Source: a bacterium
Lineage (GTDB): Bacteria > Bacteroidota > Bacteroidia > Bacteroidales > FEN-979
DNA: 64,000 nucleotides
Direction: 5' to 3'
NCBI GenBank assembly: GCA_043806735.1
Contig: JAZDGR010000178.1
Location: forward strand, 2,634-66,633
Under the pieces are notes generated by a model. It was not told the DNA's origin. It ran no database searches and saw nothing but the letters and a program-made list of their open reading frames with translations. Below are positions 29,700-38,455 of this stretch, piece after piece. How positions within the stretch are numbered: the first letter of the stretch is position 1; every line of letters starts with the position of its first letter. A program made the translations under genes and the position numbers.

Positions 29700-30398
29700 G
29701 TGCCTATTTATTTGTTACCTGATGAACCTGTTTTCCCCCCGGCATCGGAAGCGGAGGAGGAAGGTTTGCTTGCGGTCGGCGGGGATTTCTCAGTTGACAG
29801 GTTATTGGCGGCATACGCTTCAGGGATCTTCCCCTGGTTTGTCCACGACGGAACTATCTACTGGTTCTCACCAGATCCGCGCCTTGTATTATTTCCAGGC
29901 AACTTCAAAGAATCCCGATCGCTGATTCGGATTCTACGAACTGCGCGATTCGAGGTGCGTTTTGATGAGGATTTTGAAGGGGTTGTCAGGGCCTGTTCGA
30001 AGGTGAATCGTTCACATGAATCAGGCACGTGGATCAGCGAAGATTTCATTTCGGGATACCTAGAGTTGCATCGGAAAGGATTTGCCCATTCTGTTGAGAC
30101 CTATCATAACGGCGACCTTGTCGGAGGTCTGTACGGTGTCTCCCTGGGTAGAGCCTTTTTTGGCGAAAGCATGTTCTTTACCTATTCAAACGCATCGAAA
30201 GTGGCGTTGTTTTTTCTGGTTGAACGATTAAAGGAATGGGAGTTCTCCTTTATCGACTGCCAGGTGGAGACGGAACATTTCCGGAGGATGGGAGCTTGTT
30301 CAATACCCAGATCTGAGTACCTGAAACTACTGGCTTCAGCCATTCGCTTTCCGACTAAAAGAGGGAGATGGGGGAAGGAGGTGAGACGTAAGACGTAA
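29700..30398 (+). CDS. aat: leucyl/phenylalanyl-tRNA--protein transferase
   Basis: GLLAVGGD..LLAAYASGIFPWF and GGLYGVSLGRAFFGESMF motifs. GTG start. Confidence 0.9.
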   Translation: MPIYLLPDEPVFPPASEAEEEGLLAVGGDFSVDRLLAAYASGIFPWFVHDGTIYWFSPDPRLVLFPGNFKESRSLIRILRTARFEVRFDEDFEGVVRACSKVNRSHESGTWISEDFISGYLELHRKGFAHSVETYHNGDLVGGLYGVSLGRAFFGESMFFTYSNASKVALFFLVERLKEWEFSFIDCQVETEHFRRMGACSIPRSEYLKLLASAIRFPTKRGRWGKEVRRKT

Positions 30399-30431
30399 GA
30401 CGTAGGACGTGGGACGTAGGACGTAAATGAG
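30383..30431. repeat. heptamer array (RRGACGT units, 7 copies) overlapping the aat stop codon
   Basis: Units are gagacgt aagacgt aagacgt aggacgt gggacgt aggacgt aaatgag. The last four codons and the TAA of aat lie within the array. Confidence 0.9.
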
Positions 30432-30442
30432 ATAATAGTTCT

Positions 30443-31672
30443 TTACAGCCCGAGTTTTTGGCGGATATCCAGGGGAATGGTATTTTTATTGACCATGATA
30501 TCCATGGTTTTCAGTTCCACGAATGGTTTTGATGCATAAAAGTATCCCTTGTACTTGTGATCGCTGAAACCCCAGGAATTCTTCACGATATAATATACAT
30601 TGCCATTCTGGTCTCTTGCTATTCCAATGATGTGCATCCCATGGTCGTCGGTAGTCTGATAATTATCGAACTCTGTCTGGCGTAATTCCTGGGTGATTTT
30701 TTTCTCAGGAACAGGGCGATTAAACTTGTAGAGAAGTTCTTCCTTTTCTTTCTCGGTCATCTTCTCCCAGCGGGACTGCTCCAATCCGGAAAGCTCGGGT
30801 GCGTCCTTATCCGGGACAATGGCAACACCGTTCTTCCAGGAGAATCCTTTTTCACTTACATCGCTGCCCCACACCACGGTGTATCCGTTTTCCAATGAAT
30901 TATCCAGGATCCTCATCATATCCTGCAGGGGGACATTATAAACTTCGTCCATCAGCCAGTTATCGGGGATTTCCAGGATGAATTTGGAATAAAAGGGATG
31001 GTGCGTGTAGGATGTGATCTCCACGTAATCATCGGGATTGAGCCCCAGCATTTTTGCATAAGAAACCGGTGTGTACTCGACTCCTTGATAGGTGAATTTT
31101 TTCGGAATTTCTCCGAGGTAGACATCCAGGATCCCGGTATATCCTTTGATCCAGACCGGACTTAGTTTCTTATTCGGATTTTTCAGGACCGCATTCACGT
31201 ATGCTTCCAGCAGTGCATCCATCTCTCCATGCACTGGTTTATCTTCTCCAATTACGAGGCCCGTATAGATTTCTTCCGGGACCAATCCATAGTTTTTAAG
31301 AACGTAGGTCACGTCGTGAGCCGCACCTCCTCCAGCAAAGTTGTGTTTACCCTGAAAGCGGACATAAAGCGGGGCTTTATCGGCATACGTTTTATATACC
31401 ACGAACATTTCGGAAAGGTCAAAGGTATCTTTCCCCTGCCTCAGCAATTCCGATTCCAGAAAAGAAATAGCTGAATAGCTCCAGCAGGTACCTGACCGGT
31501 ATTGATTTTTAACAGGCGTAGCCGGAAGTTTGATGACTTCTGTAAAAACATAGCCGGTATCGGCTTTTTTCTCTTTAACACTATCCTGGGCGAAGGATGA
31601 AATTGAAAATCCCAGGAAAATCAATGCTAATAAAGTAATACTCTGTTTCATTGTGATATCTTTTTTTTTCAA
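30443..31672 (-). CDS. pepC: aminopeptidase C (peptidase C1B, bleomycin-hydrolase family) with signal peptide
   Basis: Active-site QYRSGTCWSYS, HGMHIIG and a C1B-type C-terminus. Confidence 0.88.
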   Translation of the reverse strand: MKKKDITMKQSITLLALIFLGFSISSFAQDSVKEKKADTGYVFTEVIKLPATPVKNQYRSGTCWSYSAISFLESELLRQGKDTFDLSEMFVVYKTYADKAPLYVRFQGKHNFAGGGAAHDVTYVLKNYGLVPEEIYTGLVIGEDKPVHGEMDALLEAYVNAVLKNPNKKLSPVWIKGYTGILDVYLGEIPKKFTYQGVEYTPVSYAKMLGLNPDDYVEITSYTHHPFYSKFILEIPDNWLMDEVYNVPLQDMMRILDNSLENGYTVVWGSDVSEKGFSWKNGVAIVPDKDAPELSGLEQSRWEKMTEKEKEELLYKFNRPVPEKKITQELRQTEFDNYQTTDDHGMHIIGIARDQNGNVYYIVKNSWGFSDHKYKGYFYASKPFVELKTMDIMVNKNTIPLDIRQKLGL

Positions 31673-31681
31673 AAGTAAAAA

Positions 31682-32656
31682 TTAATCCGGTTCAAACGGA
31701 TGATTTTTGTCAAAATCGGGCCTGTAATGATTGAAACTTCCCATTCCCTGGATGAAGCCTCGATGCAGGCCAAATTCTTCTAACACTTTTATTGCCTTGC
31801 GGTACTCTTTTAGTGAAAGTGATCTCCCGAGCACCGGATGGGAGTATACGGCTGTTGTAGGATAATATTGCGACATCAATCCAATATGGAGTTGAGGCGA
31901 CACCTCTTCTGCAATGAAACTGAGGACTTTACGGGTGTTCTCTTCCTGGCCGGGAAGGACCAAATGCCGGATCAGGATGCCGGATTCGGCATATCCTTCC
32001 TTATTTAACGGCAAGGCAGATCCTTTTTGTCGATACATCTCCTTCAACGCTGCTGCTGCAACCTCAGGATAACCAGGAGCGTCTGAGAATTGTCTAGCCA
32101 GGTCGGAGTCAATGTATTTAAAATCAGGAAGATAGACATCAATTATCCCTTCCAGGGTGCGAAGCGTCGAAACTTTGTCGTAGCCGTTGGTGTTAAAAAC
32201 CCAGGTGGGTTGATAGCCTAAAAGTTCAACAGCCTGGATTATGATCTTCATCTGGGGAATAAAATGAGAAGGCGAAACAAAACCGACGATGTTTATGCCG
32301 GTAGCCAGAATCCTTGTGATCTGGGACAGAACCTCATTCAGATTCATCTGATCCCGCGAATGATCTCTGTGGTTATTACTGATCTGATCATTCTGGCAAT
32401 AGATGCACTGCAGGTTACAGTTTGTGAAAAAGATGTTGCAGATTCCACGCGAACCACTGATGACCGGTTCCTCTCCGCGATGAATGCAGATGGAAGAGAG
32501 GCTAAATCCTGTGCCGGCCTTACAGTATCCCAAAGTCTGAGAGAACCTGTCAGCATGACAATTCCTGGGGCAGAGGGCGCAATCACGGAGCGTTTCGAGT
32601 TCAGAAAGAAGCGGGGTGAAGTCCATTTTTTCAATAGTTTTTCTGTACATTCGCAA
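31682..32656 (-). CDS. radical SAM protein (PflX / pyruvate-formate-lyase-activase-like)
   Basis: CALCPRNCHADR...GYCK N-terminal motif followed by the radical SAM cluster CNLQCIYCQN. Confidence 0.8.
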   Translation of the reverse strand: MRMYRKTIEKMDFTPLLSELETLRDCALCPRNCHADRFSQTLGYCKAGTGFSLSSICIHRGEEPVISGSRGICNIFFTNCNLQCIYCQNDQISNNHRDHSRDQMNLNEVLSQITRILATGINIVGFVSPSHFIPQMKIIIQAVELLGYQPTWVFNTNGYDKVSTLRTLEGIIDVYLPDFKYIDSDLARQFSDAPGYPEVAAAALKEMYRQKGSALPLNKEGYAESGILIRHLVLPGQEENTRKVLSFIAEEVSPQLHIGLMSQYYPTTAVYSHPVLGRSLSLKEYRKAIKVLEEFGLHRGFIQGMGSFNHYRPDFDKNHPFEPD

Positions 32657-32718
32657 GCAAGAATGTTACTGCAAAGACATTCAGACGCAACGGACGCAAA
32701 GATAAGGAATTCAACAAG

Positions 32719-33363
32719 ATGGATTTCAGCCGCTATACGCACTTTATCTGGGATTGGAACGGAACCTTGCTGGACGATGCATGGTTGTGCGTGGAGGTCA
32801 TGAATGGCATGTTGAAAGTACGGGATCTTCCTACCTTGACACTCGAGATATACCGGGAGATTTTCGATTTCCCGGTCAAGGATTATTATCTGAAGCTGGG
32901 ATTTGATTTTGAGATCGAATCTTTTGAAAAAGTAGGCATGGAGTTTATGGTTTTATATAACCAAAGGCAACATGAGTGTCATCTCTATCCGGAAGTGAAA
33001 CATCTTCTCTCCTATTGTCGGCTCAAAGGTTACGGTCAATCTATTTTGTCTGCCAGGGAGCAGAATGAACTGGTGACCGAGATCATTAACCTGGGGGTCA
33101 GAGATTATTTTCATTTGGTATATGGTCTGGATGATCATTACGCTCATGGAAAGACTGACGTGGGTTTCCGTCTGATCCGGGATCTGGGCATCCCCAAAAG
33201 GGAGCTGATTTTTATTGGGGATACACTCCATGATGCAGAAGTAGCGCGGGAGATCGGGATCGATTGCATTCTGATCCCAAATGGTCACCATTCAGAAGAA
33301 CGGGTCCGTTCGTCGGGATTTCCCGTAGTGAGTTCCTTAGCAGATTTTGTTAACACGATCTAA
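32719..33363 (+). CDS. HAD-superfamily hydrolase (phosphoglycolate-phosphatase-like)
   Basis: DWNGTLLDD motif I and FIGDTLHDAEVA motif IV. Confidence 0.8.
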   Translation: MDFSRYTHFIWDWNGTLLDDAWLCVEVMNGMLKVRDLPTLTLEIYREIFDFPVKDYYLKLGFDFEIESFEKVGMEFMVLYNQRQHECHLYPEVKHLLSYCRLKGYGQSILSAREQNELVTEIINLGVRDYFHLVYGLDDHYAHGKTDVGFRLIRDLGIPKRELIFIGDTLHDAEVAREIGIDCILIPNGHHSEERVRSSGFPVVSSLADFVNTI

Positions 33364-33365
33364 GT

Positions 33366-36300
33366 ATGCGAGTAGTTCAATTCGTTTTCTTGCTGGTTGC
33401 CTTCCTGAACGTTGCTGCCCCGACCTCCGGCCAGGGTATGAAGGGAAAAGATTCGAAGACGCATACCATTTCAATTCAGAATTCAGAATTCAGAATTCAG
33501 AATTCAAAATTTAAAAATCAACGTACTGATAGTAATTCGGTTCTTTCAAAGCTGATTCTAATGGTTGGACGGGAGCCGGTGGTGCCCGGGGATTTGGAAC
33601 TCGTCGCCGCCATGGATTTCATTCAATCCCTTGACGGGTATTCAGCTACATATACCACCTTCCACGAGTTGAAAAAGCATCCGAAACAACTTCACGATGT
33701 CGACCTGGTTTGGTTTCATCGTCCGGATACAATGGATTTTTCACCCGAGGAATCTGACCTGAAAATGATCGGTTTATTACAGGAATATATTTCCGGAGGC
33801 GGATCAATGCTGCTTACCCTGGATGGGTTCAGGTACCTGAATTTGCTGGGTGTTGAATCAACGATCCCATCCACCCGGTTAAAGGCTTCTATCGATGAAG
33901 GGTACGGACGAAAACTGGGATTTCATGCTTTCCGGGAGCATCCCGTGTTCCAAGGCCTCCATGGAGGATCTTACGTTTACCAGCCGGCTAAAGATATGAC
34001 GGTCAGGGTTCACGGTTTTTTTGGCGATACTATTCCTGAAAAGGGAAACGTGGTTGCGATCGATTGGGATTATATCTTTTTCCGAGAAAACTCGAAACTG
34101 ATCATCGAGTATACCTTGGGCGGCGGAAAAGTGCTTGCTGTGGGCGGCTATACTTATTTTTCGCAGCCGAACGGCAACCGGCTTCAACTGGATAAATTCA
34201 CCACAAACACCTTTGCATACCTGACTGGGGAATCTGAGAATCAGCCTGTCTTCTTTTGGAATTATTCGATCCCGAAGGTTGTCCAATGCTCTGAAAAAGA
34301 ACAAAATCGCGATGTCATGTTTGCCGTAATCCCCGAAAGCAACAATTGGGATATGCCAACCCATCCTATCCAGTTCTCGCCGAGACCTGCCACTGACAAT
34401 TATTGCGAAGTTGCCGGTGAGCGGATGGTGGTCATGGGACGTGAAAGAGGCGGCATTGAAGAGATCTGGGCCCATCCTTTCATGGCGGTCCGGGACTATG
34501 AAGCCGGTGTGCATCTTGTTGGTGGCAGAGGTGAGTTATCTGACAGTGTAATCTGGCTTAAAACCCTAACTCCCGAAATCGTGATCCGCCCTGATTGCTT
34601 TATCAGATATTACAGAATTGGGGCTGACTACCTGAAGGAAATTGTCGCGGCGGATCCGCTGAATACGTCCGTTGTGGTTCATTATGAATACCATGGAGCC
34701 GATCCGATTATTCTAGAAATCCGGTTTACAAGCAACCTAAGGTTCATGTGGCCCTATCCTGAAACAGCCATTGGCACCCTATGTTACAGATGGGATGCCG
34801 ATTATCATGCTTACCTTATTCAGGACCAATCGGGGGATTTCAACGTACTGGTTGGGGCAACTAAGGCGCCTTCGGATCATTCGGTCAGGAAAGGAGATGG
34901 ATTCATCATCGATGCCGGGTTATCTTACTCCCTGAAACCAGGAGAGGCAATGGATCTGATCATCTCCTCAGGGAATGAAGGGGTTGAAAAACTACAATCG
35001 GAATTTGACCGAGCTATTCGCAATCCGGAACAAATCTTTACAAATGCCAGAGAGCATGTAGATAACTTGCTGACTACTAGTGTGATGATCACTTCCCCGG
35101 ACAAGAACTTTAACTTGGGTTACCGGTGGGCACTCGTAGGAATTGACCGCTTTTTTGTGACGACTCCCGGGATGGGATCGGCTCTGATAGCGGGATATGG
35201 TACTACGAGACGGGGTTGGGACGGTGGCCAGAAAGTCAGCGGAAGGCCGGGCTACGCATGGTATTTTGGACGAGATGGCGAGTGGAGCGGCTTTGCTTTA
35301 CTGGATTATGGAGATTTCGAAAAAGTGAAGAAGAACCTCGAATTTTACCGGAAATACCAGGATCTAAACGGGAAGATCTTCCACGAAGCCACTACTTCCG
35401 GCGTCATCCATTACGATGCTTCAGATGCAACTCCCTTATACATTGTATTGGCAGGCAAATACTTCCGGCATTCCGGCGATACCAATTTCCTGAAGGACCA
35501 CTGGCCTGCGATTAAAAAGGCCATAAACTTCTGTTTTTCCACAGATACTGACGGGGATCACCTGATTGAAAATACTGGCGTAGGGCATGGTTGGGTGGAG
35601 GGGGGGGAACTCTATGGTTCCCATTCTTCCGTTTATTTGACCGGGTGTTGGGCTGCAGCTCTTGAAGAAGCTGCCACCATGGCTTCTACTGCAAAGGATC
35701 AGGAGGCAACCAATTACTGGAAGGAAGTTAAGGTGCTTAAAGACCTCATTGACAGAAATTTCTGGAATATTAAAAACGGGTTTTATTCGTATGGCTTGAA
35801 TCTGGATGGTTCGTTCCGGACAGAGCCGACGATCCTGCCCTCGGTTCCTGCTTATTTCGGAGTCACGGATAAAGATAAATTTCGTTTTGTTTTAAACCAA
35901 TACGCCTCCAATGCTTTCTCCACTAACTGGGGTACCCGGATCATACGTGAAGATAGTCCGATGTTCAAGCCCACCGGTTACCACTATGGAAGTGTCTGGC
36001 CTCTTTTTACGGGATGGACGGCCTTAGCAGAGTACCGGTATGGAAATTACCCTCAGGGATTTGCGCATATCCTGAATAACCTGAATGTTTACAAGTCGTG
36101 GGGGCTCGGCTATGTCGAGGAGGTTCTGAACGGCGCCGAATACCAGCCATCCGGCGTTTGTCCGCACCAATGCTGGTCGGAGACTATGGTGATTCAACCT
36201 ATTCTGGAAGGGATGCTGGGGATTGAGGTATTTGCAGAGGAGCACAAGATCCGTCTCTCTCCCCGGTTGCCTGCAGACTGGGATTCCTTGAGGGTTGAGC

Positions 36301-36845
36301 ATATCCGGATGTCAGATCAGAAGCTGAATTTCCAGTTCAGACGAGATTCAGTTTCGTTGAAATGGAACATCTCTTCCTCAGGGCAAGGTCAGATAACCCT
36401 GGAATTTATGCCCGAATTGCCTCCGGGGACCCAAATCAGACAAGTTCTGGTGAATGGGAAAGTATTTCCGTTCGTTTCATTCAGAACCCCCAGGTACGTC
36501 TCCTTGCAGGTGCATTTGAGGGTGCAGGGAAAAATGACGGTTGAGGTTCAATACGCTGAGGGAATATCTGTTCTTCCGGTCATCCAGGATCCCAAACCGG
36601 GAGACCGGGCCGAGGGATTACGGATCATTGATGCGCAGTTACGAGGAAATAAATATACCATTTACCTTGAAGGAGTGGCCGGGAGCCGGGATACCCTTTC
36701 GGTTTGGAGTGCAGGCCCTGTTTCCCAGGCTGAAAATGCAAGTTATATTTCCCGGAAAAACTTTATAACTAAATTTTTAGTTGAATTTGAAGCAGCGGAT
36801 GAAAAATACTCCCGGAAACGGTTGGTATTGACGCTTCATAACTAG
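33366..36845 (+). CDS. large secreted glycoside-hydrolase-like protein with amylo-alpha-1,6-glucosidase (GDE_C-type, six-hairpin) domain
   Basis: Signal peptide-like N-terminus. Core YAWYFGRDGEWSGFALL..NGKIFHE..YDASDATPLYIVLAGKYFRHSGD. 1159 aa. Confidence 0.7.
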   Translation: MRVVQFVFLLVAFLNVAAPTSGQGMKGKDSKTHTISIQNSEFRIQNSKFKNQRTDSNSVLSKLILMVGREPVVPGDLELVAAMDFIQSLDGYSATYTTFHELKKHPKQLHDVDLVWFHRPDTMDFSPEESDLKMIGLLQEYISGGGSMLLTLDGFRYLNLLGVESTIPSTRLKASIDEGYGRKLGFHAFREHPVFQGLHGGSYVYQPAKDMTVRVHGFFGDTIPEKGNVVAIDWDYIFFRENSKLIIEYTLGGGKVLAVGGYTYFSQPNGNRLQLDKFTTNTFAYLTGESENQPVFFWNYSIPKVVQCSEKEQNRDVMFAVIPESNNWDMPTHPIQFSPRPATDNYCEVAGERMVVMGRERGGIEEIWAHPFMAVRDYEAGVHLVGGRGELSDSVIWLKTLTPEIVIRPDCFIRYYRIGADYLKEIVAADPLNTSVVVHYEYHGADPIILEIRFTSNLRFMWPYPETAIGTLCYRWDADYHAYLIQDQSGDFNVLVGATKAPSDHSVRKGDGFIIDAGLSYSLKPGEAMDLIISSGNEGVEKLQSEFDRAIRNPEQIFTNAREHVDNLLTTSVMITSPDKNFNLGYRWALVGIDRFFVTTPGMGSALIAGYGTTRRGWDGGQKVSGRPGYAWYFGRDGEWSGFALLDYGDFEKVKKNLEFYRKYQDLNGKIFHEATTSGVIHYDASDATPLYIVLAGKYFRHSGDTNFLKDHWPAIKKAINFCFSTDTDGDHLIENTGVGHGWVEGGELYGSHSSVYLTGCWAAALEEAATMASTAKDQEATNYWKEVKVLKDLIDRNFWNIKNGFYSYGLNLDGSFRTEPTILPSVPAYFGVTDKDKFRFVLNQYASNAFSTNWGTRIIREDSPMFKPTGYHYGSVWPLFTGWTALAEYRYGNYPQGFAHILNNLNVYKSWGLGYVEEVLNGAEYQPSGVCPHQCWSETMVIQPILEGMLGIEVFAEEHKIRLSPRLPADWDSLRVEHIRMSDQKLNFQFRRDSVSLKWNISSSGQGQITLEFMPELPPGTQIRQVLVNGKVFPFVSFRTPRYVSLQVHLRVQGKMTVEVQYAEGISVLPVIQDPKPGDRAEGLRIIDAQLRGNKYTIYLEGVAGSRDTLSVWSAGPVSQAENASYISRKNFITKFLVEFEAADEKYSRKRLVLTLHN
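33473..33521. repeat. heptamer array AATTCAG x4 (perfect) plus 3 degenerate units, inside the 5' part of the ORF
   Basis: Units are aattcag aattcag aattcag aattcag aattcaa aatttaa aaatcaa, encoding ..IQNSEFRIQNSKFKNQ.. after the predicted signal peptide. Confidence 0.9.
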
Positions 36846-36857
36846 CTTATTAACCTA

Positions 36858-38432
36858 GTGATGGTCTCCTTTTTTCACCAGGATCTTACAATCTTGCAAA
36901 CCGCGTTCCTGCTTGCCGGATGTGTATTAATTCTGAGCAGCCTCTATTTTCACGTATCCAATAAATCTCAACTGAGCTTATGGTTCCTGATCTTCGGTTC
37001 TTTCGGCATATTTCTTTTCGCAGCCTTACTGGATCCGTTTCTCAATCTGTGGGATGAGCGATTTCATGCCCTGGCGGCAAAAAACCTGATGAATCACCCC
37101 TTCAAGCCTATGCTTTATGCAGATCCTGTGGTTGATATTCCATATGACCGATGGGATAGAGCACATATATGGCTGAATAAACAACCGTTTTTCCTCTGGC
37201 CGGCGGCTTTCTTCTTCAATATCTTTGGTGTCAACGAGGTTACCTTGCGGATACCGAGCGCTCTAGAAGGTTCTATTCTGGTCTTTTTGGCGTTCAGAAC
37301 AGGGAAACTGCTCATTTCTGAACGGACAGGATATTATTCTGCATTTCTGGTTGCTACTGCTTTTTATATGGTTGAAATAATTTCGGGGCGCCAAGAGCTT
37401 GAGCACAACGACATCGCTTTTCTGGTTTGGGTTTCAGCAAGCATCTGGGCCTGGGTGGAATATCTCCGGTCAGGAAAACGACGGTGGATTGTATTGATTG
37501 GCATTTTCAGCGGAGTTGCTATCCTGGTAAAATGGCTGGTGGGTCTATTAGTGTACCTGGGATGGGTTTTTTATATAGTTATTACTCCCCCTGGTCATAG
37601 AAGAAAAGAGATCTTGAGACTTATAATCTCTGTTTGTATCACGATTGCAATTGCCTTGCCGTGGTATGCTTTTATCCTTCTGAAATATCCCATGGAAGCC
37701 ATGGTAACCCTGAATCTTTATACTGCTCATCTTACCAGACCATTGGATGGTCATGGTGGAGATTTCTGGTTTCACTTTAACAATATTGCTCTTTTATACG
37801 GAACGATTGTACCCTTTATAATAATCCCGGCATGGTGGATTTTATATCAAAGAATCACTCCAAAATCATTAGCTATATCTTTGATTTTCATGATATTAGT
37901 CGTATACTTATTTTTTTCCTTTGCGAAAACGAAGATGCCCAGCCTTCCCTGGGTTGCCTCTCTTCCTCTTTACCTCACTTTAGGATGTCTGGTTGATTAT
38001 TTTATCACCCGGGTCAACACCATCAAAGCTTCAAGACTTGTTGTTTCGGCTAGTATATTTATTCTTTTAGTGCTCATTGGTTTTTATAATCTTAGGATTC
38101 CGACAATATTGGACAAACATACAAAGGATGTTAAACGTAATGTCTTATTAGCCAATCTTCAACATAATAAAATGATTTTTCTTGATCTCCCCAGTCAACT
38201 TCCAGATAACTCCGTGGTATTCAATGTGAAAGGCAGACACTATATCGAATGCATGTTTTACAGCGGCTTCCCCTCCTATCCTTTCATTCCTTCCAAATAT
38301 CAGATCCTGAACGTTTGCCGACAAGGGAGGGCAGTGGCAATCTTCCAATCCCCTATCGATGAACTTCCGGATTACATCCTGAAAAATCCGGCAATAATCA
38401 TCATTCAGCAGGAGCTTTTAGGGTGGGATTAG
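36858..38432 (+). CDS. GT39-family (ArnT/PMT-like) integral membrane glycosyltransferase
   Basis: About 12 TM segments. The N-terminal loop WDERFHALAAKN is typical of the PMT_2/ArnT-like family. Confidence 0.7.
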   Translation: MMVSFFHQDLTILQTAFLLAGCVLILSSLYFHVSNKSQLSLWFLIFGSFGIFLFAALLDPFLNLWDERFHALAAKNLMNHPFKPMLYADPVVDIPYDRWDRAHIWLNKQPFFLWPAAFFFNIFGVNEVTLRIPSALEGSILVFLAFRTGKLLISERTGYYSAFLVATAFYMVEIISGRQELEHNDIAFLVWVSASIWAWVEYLRSGKRRWIVLIGIFSGVAILVKWLVGLLVYLGWVFYIVITPPGHRRKEILRLIISVCITIAIALPWYAFILLKYPMEAMVTLNLYTAHLTRPLDGHGGDFWFHFNNIALLYGTIVPFIIIPAWWILYQRITPKSLAISLIFMILVVYLFFSFAKTKMPSLPWVASLPLYLTLGCLVDYFITRVNTIKASRLVVSASIFILLVLIGFYNLRIPTILDKHTKDVKRNVLLANLQHNKMIFLDLPSQLPDNSVVFNVKGRHYIECMFYSGFPSYPFIPSKYQILNVCRQGRAVAIFQSPIDELPDYILKNPAIIIIQQELLGWD

Positions 38433-38455
38433 TTCAAAATTTTAACTGAAACAGT

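Noticed and set aside
33879-34514. I considered the long antisense ORFs inside large genes as real genes. These are 33879..34514, 61239..62042, 44913..45545, 48029..48535, 16958..17536, 6794..7222 and 41032..41376.
   Set aside because: Each lies fully within, and antisense or out of frame to, a gene with strong family signatures. Their translations are low-complexity or Arg/Ser/Pro-rich with no motifs, which is typical of shadow ORFs.
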